NCBI GenBank assembly: GCA_054772095.1
Contig: BAAGAE010000031.1
Span: forward strand, 1,302,979-1,366,978
Reading direction: 5' to 3'
DNA length: 64,000 bases
Source of the DNA: Chamberlinius hualienensis
Taxonomy: Eukaryota
Part shown: positions 46,901 through 61,119 of the stretch, piece by piece
Layout: each line of letters starts with the position of its first letter
Position numbering within the stretch: the first letter of the stretch is position 1
Translations under genes and position numbers: made by a program
The notes under the pieces: model-generated
What the model was told of the DNA's origin: nothing
The model's database searches: none
What the model saw: only the letters and a program-made list of their open reading frames with translations

Positions 46901-47899
46901 AATTAATTAAGTGTTAGAAGAAAAGTCATAGTCACTGGTATCAAAAATGTGATCTGTTCTTAGTGCAAGTAGTTGTCAGGAAATGCATCAGAATATTTAC
47001 AACTGTAAAATAAGTGTTTAAATCATCAAATATTGATAACGAATATGACGTACTTTATATAGGATGAGTGAATGTGCATTAATGTGCATAGAGCTTGATA
47101 AACTTGTAAAAGTTTACTTAAAAAAATAGAAGAAAAAAATTAACCAAATGGCTTTTTTAATGATATTTTCAATTGGTGAAATTTGTCATATGCAATATGA
47201 AGTAAAATATAGTCTCTTGTGTAAGTAGGAACAACATATTCATCACATCAAACAAGAGTTTCTACTCCTTGTTCAATGTTGAGCGCCTGCACACCATCAA
47301 GTTACATTGAGCCATACACTTTTACAACTCACTATCTGTCCACTTTATCGCCTCCCATGGCCACCACGCCTACGAGTCAGCAATTATTTAGCGAAGTAAC
47401 TACTCCAGGTGCTGATAGCACATTGGCCTCACCAACATCGATTAATTTTCAACGATATATGTTGCATTCTGGTGATGGCTCACAGTTGCCAAACAATCCG
47501 TTCACCACATCTCAGGATCATCTTTTAACGGCATTAGTGGCTGATATTGAAAATATGACCAATAGAAGCATGTACGATGCTGAAACCAATACATCAAATA
47601 ATAATATTCATCATAGCATAACGGATAACGCAGATGTTGCTGAAACGCCAACATCTTCATCAACGCAAAAGTCATCTGAACATGATCCAAACGCAGTAGA
47701 CAATATGCCGAGATCAAGGCAATCCGTTGTGACCAGCTCAAAGTCTGGAATGTCATCAAATGTCTCCAGAGATTCACTGACCAATAGGATTAATGGTAAT
47801 TGCATTTTGCCGCACTCAGTTAGCTTAGGAAGTCACGAATTACAATCTGCTAATTTTACCGAAAATGGTCGATGCGTGTCGGATAGTCATTTAACCTGA
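43933..47899 (+). CDS. WBP1/VOPP1-family protein (Cys-rich ectodomain C-x5-CC-x3-CC, W/F-rich TM helix, cytoplasmic PPPY motifs, long Ser/Thr-rich tail); 7 exons: 43933-43986, 45810-45841, 45966-46112, 46179-46446, 46524-46663, 46724-46825, 47229-47899
   Basis: The spliced product begins MFDCWLILAIGSLFIFKH-AMCNAECDEFD-CLPFQECCEGKCCLNNIYPG. It continues ...YDYYSYSFWNVWYFWWFIMIFLTISCVGGCGYWRCHRYHHHH...LHPPPYNE...MSPPPYGDG. The C-x5-CC-x3-CC motif followed immediately by a (Y/W)(Y/W)FW..-rich TM segment and PPxY motifs is the signature shared by VOPP1 (CRSYEDCCGSRCC...LWYFWFLLMM) and WBP1 (CESGHCCGETGCC...LWWFWLLW). All junctions are GT-AG and phase-consistent. The family assignment rests on motifs only. 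Confidence 0.55.
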
Positions 47900-48879
47900 T
47901 CTAACAGTCGAAACATGGGCATAAAATACAAAGGAGAAAAAATTGATCTCCAGCTCTTTCTGTAAATGTAAAACGTATCTGTTTGATGTTAGAAAGAGAA
48001 TTAGGAAATGTGAAAATGTTAAAAGCCTTTTTCGCACCACAAAGTACACTCAATTACTTTTACATCCTGTATGATGAGTGCTTCCAATAGAAAATCCAAC
48101 AAAAGGTTTCGTTTTCATGTTTCTTAGATGTAGCACAAATAAATCTTATAAACATACGCGAAATCAAGTACAGTAGTTTGTGTTATAAAAATTCCCAAAT
48201 CAAAAATAAAGGGTGATAATAATAAGAAAAATTTTCAAATAATTAATGTAATAATTGTTATTAAAAAATCATTCTTCTATTGATCTAAACTGGGATCACA
48301 GAACAAATAAATAATTAGCAAAGACTACCCAGTATATTTCTATGATAAATTAAACATTTTGTTAAAAAATGTGTTGATGTAAAAATCTCTGAAATAAATA
48401 ATAGTACCGAATATTAAACTATTTTAATAAGCGAATGAAGCAACAACGAATAACAATGTGGTTTAGATCGGTGATCACAAACAATGATTTGTTTGAGGGT
48501 TGAAAAGGGGATATAAAATTGAAACATCCGGAATTTGTTTGAGATAAGTAACTTTATTTATATATCGATATATAAAAAACGTATTCGATTGTTTAATATA
48601 TTGATTCGAACAATAATTCAAAAATGTTAAAGTTTAGTTTATAGCTCAAAAAAAAACTAATTTAAATGTTAGCTTTATTGGATAATTGTTTGGTCAAATA
48701 AGTGACTAGTTAATTCAAAATAAGGCATTTACTGGTTATATACATATAAATGGACTAAACTTTAAAATGAATATTATCAAAACAATAAAGCAGACTTGCA
48801 AATGACTTCTACACGCAAAAACTAACAAAAACAATTAAACGTCATTTTGGCATCATATCACACTTAGAAAATGAGATAG

Positions 48880-50556
48880 TTTCTATAGCACCGAGACATA
48901 TAGTACATAATAGTCATGTAAATTTGAGATATGCGGAAGAATTGTATATATCATTAGCATAAACGAATATATCGCAGTATATAAAATAGCAAAATAACAT
49001 ACTGTATGTACAGTAATAAAACTCCCAATCGACAAATTCCCAGGTACAGCAGAATAAATATTGATGACCATCAATAGATATAGAGATTATAAATCTCGGA
49101 ATTTATTTCTTTATGTTATTTGGTTATGGCTTCTAACATGAAGTGTAATTACAAAATAAACAGCACATCAAGACGATGACGAAGATAAATGATGATCATA
49201 ACAGCAACAGGATATTAAACTCAACAGCATACACATCAATGCACAAAAATAACCGGAAACCTACATAACATTAAAATGATTTGTAACTTCAAATTAACAG
49301 CCGAAATATGATTATTGTTACACACCCCAGATACAATCAGTAATTCAACAGTACGGTCAAGTCGAGGCATGGAATCTTCGTTTGTGAACTGAGCGTGTAT
49401 CATTACAGTGGAAGAAAAACCAATAAGAACACAGAGTCCAGTATGAATTCCAGCATTCTAAGCATAATTAAATAACAATCTTTCAATCATTACATTAAAT
49501 ACAAAAAATAAGTGAGAAAGAAAGTGGCACAGACATCACAATGGTAACGTTTAAGGCAACTATCTCAATTGACAGTTTTTGTTTATTTTTTCAATTTCTT
49601 TATCACTTTCATTACTATTAAAAAAACAAATAACTTGTGAACTTACCCATCTCGACCAGTTAATTGGAAATAACAAAAGCAGAGTTAACAATTCTAATAG
49701 GAAGATGACTAATACAGTCAGAAAAACGAATGTTACAGAAAAGATGTGAATTCTTGTATATGTCGATATCACCAATTGTGGATAATCTGTGGATCCTACA
49801 CAAGCCAAACTTACAATACATGTCACCTAAATAACAACAAAAAATTTTAGTTCGGATGCTACATATCGTTTACGGTATAACTTCGATTGAAAAAACCACA
49901 GGACAGGGGGGAAAAAATGGACTAAAAAGCGATAGGCAGATTTGGAAAATTTTCAATTATTTCGTGTTAAATCAAACTAACAACAAAAAATTGATAAAAC
50001 CGAAAATTAACAATAATAATATTTGAATGAAGATAAAAATAAAAAAGGCTGACAATTTTCAACGCAAACATCACTGGAATTGTGATAAATCACAAGTAGT
50101 TATATCCAGAAATATGACAATTAACAATTACGGTGATGTTTGAGCATAACATAAATGCCTCTGAAACAGATGACAACTGTTTCTCAGTTAATAAATAAGA
50201 AATGTAATAAGTTACAATACCAAAATAATCAATTTCAGCATCCCCACTGGCGTAGTCAATTTTGAAAAGTCACAAGAAACGATTATACAGTGTCTGACAG
50301 GAACCAATGGATCACCAACAGCAAATATACCGCTTTGTTGCTGATCACTTTGCGCCGTTACGTCACTACCAGGCTCACTATTTGCACCACAAGGTTGTTG
50401 TTGAAATTCGTGAATTTCATCTACAAGTTCCACTATATCACCACTTGCACCTCCACTATCACATTTGGTGTCTGCATGATTCTGCATTGGTTCCGCCAAT
50501 TCCATGTTGGCGGAACATCTTTGGTTCATAGCTAACCACTCTTCTGTCTTCGACAT
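48880..50556 (-). CDS. Candidate unannotated membrane-protein gene (acidic N-terminal domain followed by hydrophobic TM exons); exon structure only partly resolved
   Basis: The minus ORF 50212-50556 is GC-richer than its surroundings. It reads MSKTEEWLAMNQRCSANMELAEPMQNHADTKCDSGGASGDIVELVDEIHEFQQQPCGANSEPGSD...GIFAVGDPLVPV. The next minus-strand exon, at about 49646-49829, has acceptor tgttatttag| and donor |gtaagttc. It encodes VTCIVSLACVGSTDYPQLVISTYTRIHIFSVTFVFLTVLVIFLLELLTLLLLFPINWSRW. Further hydrophobic ORFs lie at 48883-49074 and 49380-49440. I recognise no family. The plus-strand ORFs at 50290-50535 are antisense artefacts. Confidence 0.3.
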
Positions 50557-51206
50557 ATTTGCACAGTTAACCGGTCTCTATATCAATAAATTCAACGGTG
50601 TTCTGTCTTGAGATTTGCCGCTATCTGTCATCATTTTAGTTTATCAAGTGCAAATGATTTGATCAGAAAGTCCATCGCAATGATTGAAGATGCGTACTAA
50701 AAGTTTCGCCTATGCAAATGCCGCACATGCACAAATGGCACAATGCATACACAAACATACCTTATTATTTTGTTTCGATTAACATACAAAAGAAATTATT
50801 CCTGGAATTATAGTTTCAACGTTGAAAGAGGAAACATGATGGTTCTCATATAATCAGCTTCAATTACGACCTTCGTTAATATTGAAGGAATCGATATGTC
50901 ATAAATCGATCTTGTACGATTCCGATGTATCTTTCGTGAACAAGATTCATCGGATACAATTGAAACCAGTACGCATGTTTTTGTATCATACTCTACAATT
51001 ACTCCAAGCAAATTATGTATTTTTGTTGACTCTTACTGGCTACCACGTGTGTATCCAATATGTCGGCTTACAGTGCGTAGTGATTTAGTGAATTGTCAAG
51101 AGTCAATCTAACTTTGCTTTCTTTAAGGTAAGAATGATTATTTTAAATATAAATGAACAAAACATATATGTTATGGTTTTTGAACGTTGTAGAAGTTGTT
51201 TCAAGC
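50557..51206. promoter_or_regulatory. Putative divergent promoter region between the candidate membrane-protein gene (-) and DDX42 (+)
   Basis: The start codons are at 50556 (minus) and 51207 (plus) with no ORF between them. Confidence 0.3.
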
Positions 51207-54925
<3,719 letters not shown>

Positions 54926-55132
54926 TTGATTTTTTAAAAAAAAGTATATATATCGTATTTAAGAAGTGTGGTGTCAGCAATTACTACGTGGTATTTCATG
55001 CGAGTTTCTAAAAGCACATTTTTTTGAAACGTCGACTGTAATCATAATTAAAAATTTAAAAACGTGAAAATGGACTAGAATTCGAATCAAATATTTAATT
55101 TTATTAGGTCTTTATCACTAATGACAATATAT
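54926..55132. other. 207-bp convergent intergenic interval between the DDX42 stop (54925) and TIMM29 stop (55133); the 3' UTRs of the two genes must overlap or abut
   Basis: The stop codons face each other 207 nt apart. AATAAA-like signals lie on both strands inside the interval, namely tttaaaaaaaagtatat and attaaaaatttaaaaac. Confidence 0.6.
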
Positions 55133-56279
55133 TCACTCCCATTCTTCGTCGTTGACATCATAATCTATCATTTTATATTCTAAAACGTGCCACCGATCAA
55201 ACGCGCCTACATCTACAATTCTCTGATGAAATGATAAATATTTTGGCTTCAAATAAGGACACTGCGCGGCGTATAATGATAAGTATTGGTCGTAATTATC
55301 TACCCAGATGAGTGAAAATAGCACGAAGTTTAATCGCCGTATTAGTCCTTCGTTGTAACATTTAGACATAAAGTTTATATGTTCCTCCGACTGTTGTTTT
55401 CTCAAACTGCTGCTTACTAAACTGAGACGATTTGAGTTTTCAATTAACCGAGAACGAAACGATTTTTCTGTTGGGTTAGTGTTCAGGGCAACAATAACTG
55501 CACCAATTCCTAGATGTAAAAAATAAATTTTCAAGTTAAGAAACTGCAAATATTACACTATACCACTTACCTGATGCAATAAATGATGCTCGGATTGGTC
55601 TTTGTCGTGCATCAATCACCACATCTTTTGCAACTTCTCTATAATCAGACAAGAGTCCTCTCCAAAATAATGCTGAAAATGTATGAATAGAAATTTGTAA
55701 ATACTGTAATAATTACATTTAAGCCCCAAAATAAGGCAAAGCAATACCAACGAAACATGCCGATTTATATAATCAGTCTCAATTCAAAGCTCAATTAATA
55801 ACAGAGACCCTACATTTATAAACGCAGGAATGTTTCTTTTCTAAATAAAATGCATTACAAATATTAGCGGTGCACAGATAATTTACACCCATTTCTTGAT
55901 CCCACAATATTAGATCATAAAAAGTTGATCATTAGCATTTAGTAGTATCAGTCCAAGTTACCCCATTTTCCAATCGCTCTGTCTTGATGTCTTTCCATAA
56001 ACGCCTTATATGAATTTGAAATTCGGGAAAACGGCGTAGACGTCCGTCTTAATACATTACTTATAAACGTAGTCATATTTAGTTTATTACTACAAAATAT
56101 CACTTAAAATATAAAAATTAGATTCTTAAACGACCTTGACGTACGGTAGTTAATTATTCACATCTATGCGCTACAAAATATTACGCATGCTGTAACCGAT
56201 GGTAAATCATCGGCTGGCGGTCAGAGGGCGCTACTTGCAACGTACCTGATTCATTTAGTTGAAAAGTCCGCCAAAACAT
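55133..56279 (-). CDS. TIMM29: Mitochondrial import inner membrane translocase subunit TIM29 (TIMM29/C19orf52-like), 3 exons: 56246-56279, 55571-55672, 55133-55510
   Basis: The spliced product MFWRTFQLNES|ALFWRGLLSDYREVAKDVVIDARQRPIRASFIAS|GIGAVIVALNTNPTEKS...NFVLFSLIWVDNYDQYLSLYAAQCPYLKPKYLSFHQRIVDVGAFDRWHVLEYKMIDYDVNDEEWE aligns with human TIM29. The human regions are RRFWSR...ALLRDYAEACRD...[21 protein letters not shown]...[66 protein letters not shown]. Exon 1 has a consensus donor aatcag|gtacgt. Phases are 1 then 1. The stop is at 55133-55135. Confidence 0.75.
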
Positions 56280-59200
56280 GAAAGTTTCCCGCTACTGCCC
56301 CGGGCCGTAAACCCTTTTTTTCGTGATATTTTTTCTAAGTGGTGCTTTCTTACGCGTGCTGGAACTTTGAATTAAGAAGAAAAACTTTGTTGGTGAAATT
56401 GTGTTAAAAGTCGAGTTGAATTCAATAGAATATGTATTGGTTTTGCCTTAATTAAGTAGTTAAAAAGTTATCGCGTTGATTTGTAAGGTTAGTCGTGTGT
56501 CGCGATTTCGGTCATTCGTACATCGAAAGGTAAGCAAAAAAAAAATAATTACTAGCTATATTAGATATATTTTCAAGTTTATGTGTGTGTAATGTTAATT
56601 AATTTTGAATGAAACAGTATATATTTTGCATATACGGACCTAAATATCGAGTAAAAATCATTTGGGGTCTTTAGAACATAGCACGGAGTATAATTATACT
56701 GTACGTGTATAGCACGGTAATACTTTATTAATTTTCGAAGTGAAGTGTTTTTTGTGTGTGTTGAATTTATCTCAAGAGTGTCAATGAATGACCAATAATA
56801 CAGAACGGTCAGCGTTATAAGAAAACGTTCATATTTAGTAATAATTTATAACAAATTTTTTTTTTTTGTCATAAAAAACTGACTTGGCTTTTGAGGATAT
56901 CATGTGACATAAGGCTTTTATATACTGTACATGTATACGATAGCTTGCGGAAACTCGTTGCAACTTGCATATTTTTTCGACTTTCAAGTTTGCCAGTCCC
57001 TGTCTACTGAATTAACGAATGGTGTAATAAATGTAACAAAATATATTAATTGATGAAGTTCATCATAAGCTTAAAGTTTGTGCGTTTAAGAGTTACAGTA
57101 TAAAAAAAGTATAGCAATTATTTTGGTAACATACAGGATGTTTTAAATTGAATCTGGCCAAATGTCCCGTTGTCGAGGCTAGACGCTTATTGGAAATTGA
57201 ACTTTCACGTTAACAAAATCGTATCCATAACTATTAGCAAAATATTGCAACCTGAAAATGTGTATCCGAGTGGGTTGCGTATGGTAAATAAACAAATCCA
57301 ATACAAAGTAATCGATCAGAAGAGAGAGCACGTTTTGTAACTGATTGGCACGGTTAATAGACCGGAGAACCACAATATACCCATTTATTAGTCTCTTAAG
57401 TCGAGGTGTTATTGAATTATATTATACAATCAAATTTGAAGTCGCTTTAGTCACCTATTGAGGTAATTTTTTTATTATCTCAAATTAACTTTTCGATTAA
57501 ATATGGCGATAATTATTGTCATGAACAACATATAAAAAAATAACAAGTAACTAAACATTTGTCATGAAATGATAATGAAACATTTATTTAATGTATTGAA
57601 AACAAATATCGCACTTGTATCAAATCGAGTTTTTTTTTTTGGTTAGTTTTTTTTTTTTTTCGTTCTTGAGCGGGAGAAACATTGTCATTGTCAATTTCAG
57701 CCAATATATACATATAGCAATATATGTATTTAACTATATGAATACTATACACTATACTTTCTTATCTATACAGACTTAACGAATTTTTTTTTAGTTTTTA
57801 ATTTTTTTTTTCCCCACAGTCTAAATTACATACTGCCTTATAAAAATTAAAGTAACTTAAAAGGCCTCATCATTTTTTTTCTTCAAATGGTTTTTTTTTT
57901 TTTTTTTTTATATCATTTTTATATTAACAAAATCTGTTTCAACTACAATTAGTCGAAGACAATGCTGGATTTACAGTATATTTCGAATACATTTCTCTAA
58001 CAATGAATTGCTAGTTTTATTTACATTGATTTTGTTTCTTCAATTTTTTGCTCCGTCATATTGAATGAGCGAAGTTGATGTTTTATTTGGGGTAGTATAT
58101 TTACATGTTGTATACCGTCTCATATTTCAATGATTGTTTTTTAAACAATTGGCTAACAAACAGTCAAATGAAACTGATAGATTTGCTTATAACTTGAACA
58201 AGAAATGACTCATAGATAACGTTTGTATCTTAACGAGTGATTATGATTAACGTAGTTGGCTTTGATTTAAATTAGTAAACACCAAAATAACCGTAGCATA
58301 TTCTGAGACTGAGCTTTTCTAAAAAAATCTTTTACCAATTTTAAGAAAAAATAAAATACTAACTGGAAAATGACTGTCAATAGCCTTTACTTTTTATTAA
58401 TTTTAAAGTAAAGACGTACAAGTAATTTTGAGTAATTGGTAATTTGAAGTGATCGTCTAATTCTGAATCTTTCGTAGACTGGGCCTAACTTTTAAAAATG
58501 AAAACTTTTCACGCCCCACCTAACTGATAAAGGGTGATCAAAAATATGGCTTATTTTTTTTTATAAAGTGTAATCGCTACTTATCGAGTACCAATTATCA
58601 AGCTGCGATAATCAGTACAAAAAGTATTAGAAATACGAATTTGGATGTAATTATAAAAATTTCTCATTGCTCGTTTATTGGCGTCATTTTTCTAATCTCG
58701 ATATGCGCACCCCCACTCTTTGAGAATATCTGGTCTAATTGATACCTTAATCAATCATTATTGCCATTGAATCGATTGATATTACAAATAGATTTATACA
58801 GGTAATTCGTTTTAGAATTTTCAAAAAGTTAAAAAAAAATTCATTATTTATCCAACATGTTTTTATAATTTCAAACTGCATTTTTTAATATCACTATTCA
58901 AACGAAAAGAGCAAAGCATTTTTGCTGGCCGAACAACGTGTTTGTTATAAAAGCACCTCAATTAAACGAAATTACCCTGTATCTATATAACTAACAGTAA
59001 AAACCTTTTTTTTTTTAATGGTATAATTTCGAATTGAATAAACGTCATGAAATTGGAATGTGAGAGTTTTTGGATTTTTAGTAACAATTTAACGAATCAT
59101 CTCTAAACTCATTTTTCTGCCTTTAATCATAAACTAACGAATATAAACTTTATAGAAGATGGAAAAAAATAGCCGCATTTTAAAATCCAAATTATTGAAA

Positions 59201-60119
59201 ATTTTAAAATTTTGCTGTTAAAAAATCTAAAATTGCATTATAAATTGAATAGGTAATTTCTGCTTAGTAACTTAAAAAAATTAATATGTCATAATTAATT
59301 ATTAAGAAAATTTAATTATGAAGAAAAAGTTTGTTTAAAAATTTATTAATTAATGATAAACGAAATGCTGTAAGATGAACTAATGGAAAAATTTAAGATC
59401 AATATAATATCAGTTTTCAGTAATTTTTATTTATTAATTAACTAATGGTTAGAATTTAACAATGACTATAACGAAGATTTCTAATCTTTTTACGCTCAAC
59501 TTATCTTTTTTTGTTGTTGCTTGTATACTTGGTAGTCTTTACGAATATTTTACAAAAAATTGGTGTTTGGTTTTAAAATTGAATGACAATTTTGATTCCT
59601 AGTAAGGTTAACGTCTTGTTGGAGAGGACCGTAATGGACTTTTCTGAGAATTTACTTGTCTTTCGTTTTAAGAAGGTAATGCGATGTTTCAGTTTGTAAA
59701 ATTGGCAGTTGGTATGTTTGACGGTGGGCTTAGTTATATTTGTCATCATGGTTGTCATTCTCATTGTATAAAAAATGTAACTAAATTATTCGAATGTTAA
59801 AAAACGGGAGAAATAATGTCTTTTTTTTTTTCTGTCCAAAAGGACAAGTTAATTAAAATTCGTACAACTATAAGTTGCTGTAAATTCGTAATATTTACAA
59901 ATGGAGGAGAGGCGACTTTATTAGTCGACTATCCTTCGGACTCTAAACTTCATTTGTAAAGTAAATCTGGAAATGATAGAAAACTATTTCAATATTATTA
60001 AGGATAACTTTAAGAATAGGACTCGAATATTAATGCCTTCATACACCACTGTATTAAATTGTATTGGCAGTAATTTAATTAATCATGACACCCGTCATTG
60101 TCACTGCAATCATTGAATT

Positions 60120-60690
60120 CAAGTAATGCTAGCCGTCCACCAAAAATGATCGCGATCAATATTGAACTAGCTAGCTCGTTCTAGAACATTTTGAACCGTT
60201 ACTAATCAACGGGTCAGTCCACCGAAACTAAATTTTGACGTCATGTTAATCGTCGTCACCGAAACTCAATTTCTGTTTTTGTCTTTTTTGACGTCATGTT
60301 AACTGTCGTCACAATAATAGCTTTGATGAGCCTCAATTTCCGTTAACTTACCTGTTTTTGTCTTTTATAGATGTGAAATCATATGCAGCGATAAGTTAGT
60401 TATACAAATTTCAAAAGTTTATATACTAATTTTCCTTCACAACTTCTTAAACGTAAAAAAGACTCCGCGAAAAAAAAGGCTATGGAAAAAAAACAGAACA
60501 ACAACTGCGCATGCGTAGCCTTCGAATTTACTAGATCATTCATCGCGAAATCTAGAAAAATGAACTCGTTCGATTTTTAACTGGTTAGATTTCGGTGGAC
60601 TGACATGATCGATCTAGTTAATAGCAGACGACAGTTGAAATGATCGAGGTAAGTCTTTTGGTGGACGAACAGCATTAAACTTAAAATTAA
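60120..60690. repeat. Composite foldback/nested inverted-repeat element (imperfect inverted arms of about 100 bp plus internal direct and inverted sub-repeats) containing two TGACGTCATGTTAA copies
   Basis: The left arm aatgctagccgtccaccaaaaatgatcg...gggtcagtccaccgaaac (60123-60228) is the inverted complement of the right arm gtttcggtggactgacatgatcgatc...cgaggtaagtcttttggtggacgaacagcatt (60590-60686). Internal units are repeated: ttgacgtcatgttaa(t/c)(c/t)gtcgtcac at 60235 and 60289, and caatttc.gtt...tgtttttgtctttt twice. catttcaactgtcgtctgc at 60621 is inverted relative to catgttaactgtcgtcac at 60296. Confidence 0.6.
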
Positions 60691-61119
60691 AGCTTAGAAA
60701 TCCAAATTAATGCCATTAAAATTCGAGAAAGATTTTTTATTAATGGTAAATATCATTACTTACATTATTAACTAAATTATTAGTATCTATTATTGCGTTT
60801 TAAGTATCCCTCTTATCAATTTTGGTCGTATAGAAAAGTTGACTGGATACGTAGTTCCTGTCACATCGATAGCCATTAGAATTTTATTTCAAAAAAAAAT
60901 TCATTTATTTACCTGTAGAATTTTGATTTAATGGCGGTAGGACATTTTCGTAACTACTTTCTGTTTTTTGTAGTAACTGTGACGGTGTTGTTGGTGAATT
61001 GATTTCATCAAACGATGATGGTGGCAAGATGAATGTGGCCTCTAAGCACGTTTTTGAATCTCCCCTGCTACATTCGAGTTATTTTTGAAATTTTATTATT
61101 TAGAAAAAAATATTATTGC

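Noticed and set aside
47502-47805. Minus-strand ORFs of 91 aa and 64 aa
   Set aside because: They are antisense to the Ser/Thr-rich last exon of the WBP1/VOPP1-like gene, and the reading frame is supported only on the plus strand.
50290-50535. Two overlapping plus-strand ORFs (81 aa and 74 aa)
   Set aside because: They are antisense shadows of the compositionally coding minus-strand ORF 50212-50556.
56190-56380. GC-richer patch upstream of TIMM29 as a separate gene
   Set aside because: It is explained as the TIMM29 first exon (56246-56279, MFWRTFQLNES) plus its promoter and 5' UTR.
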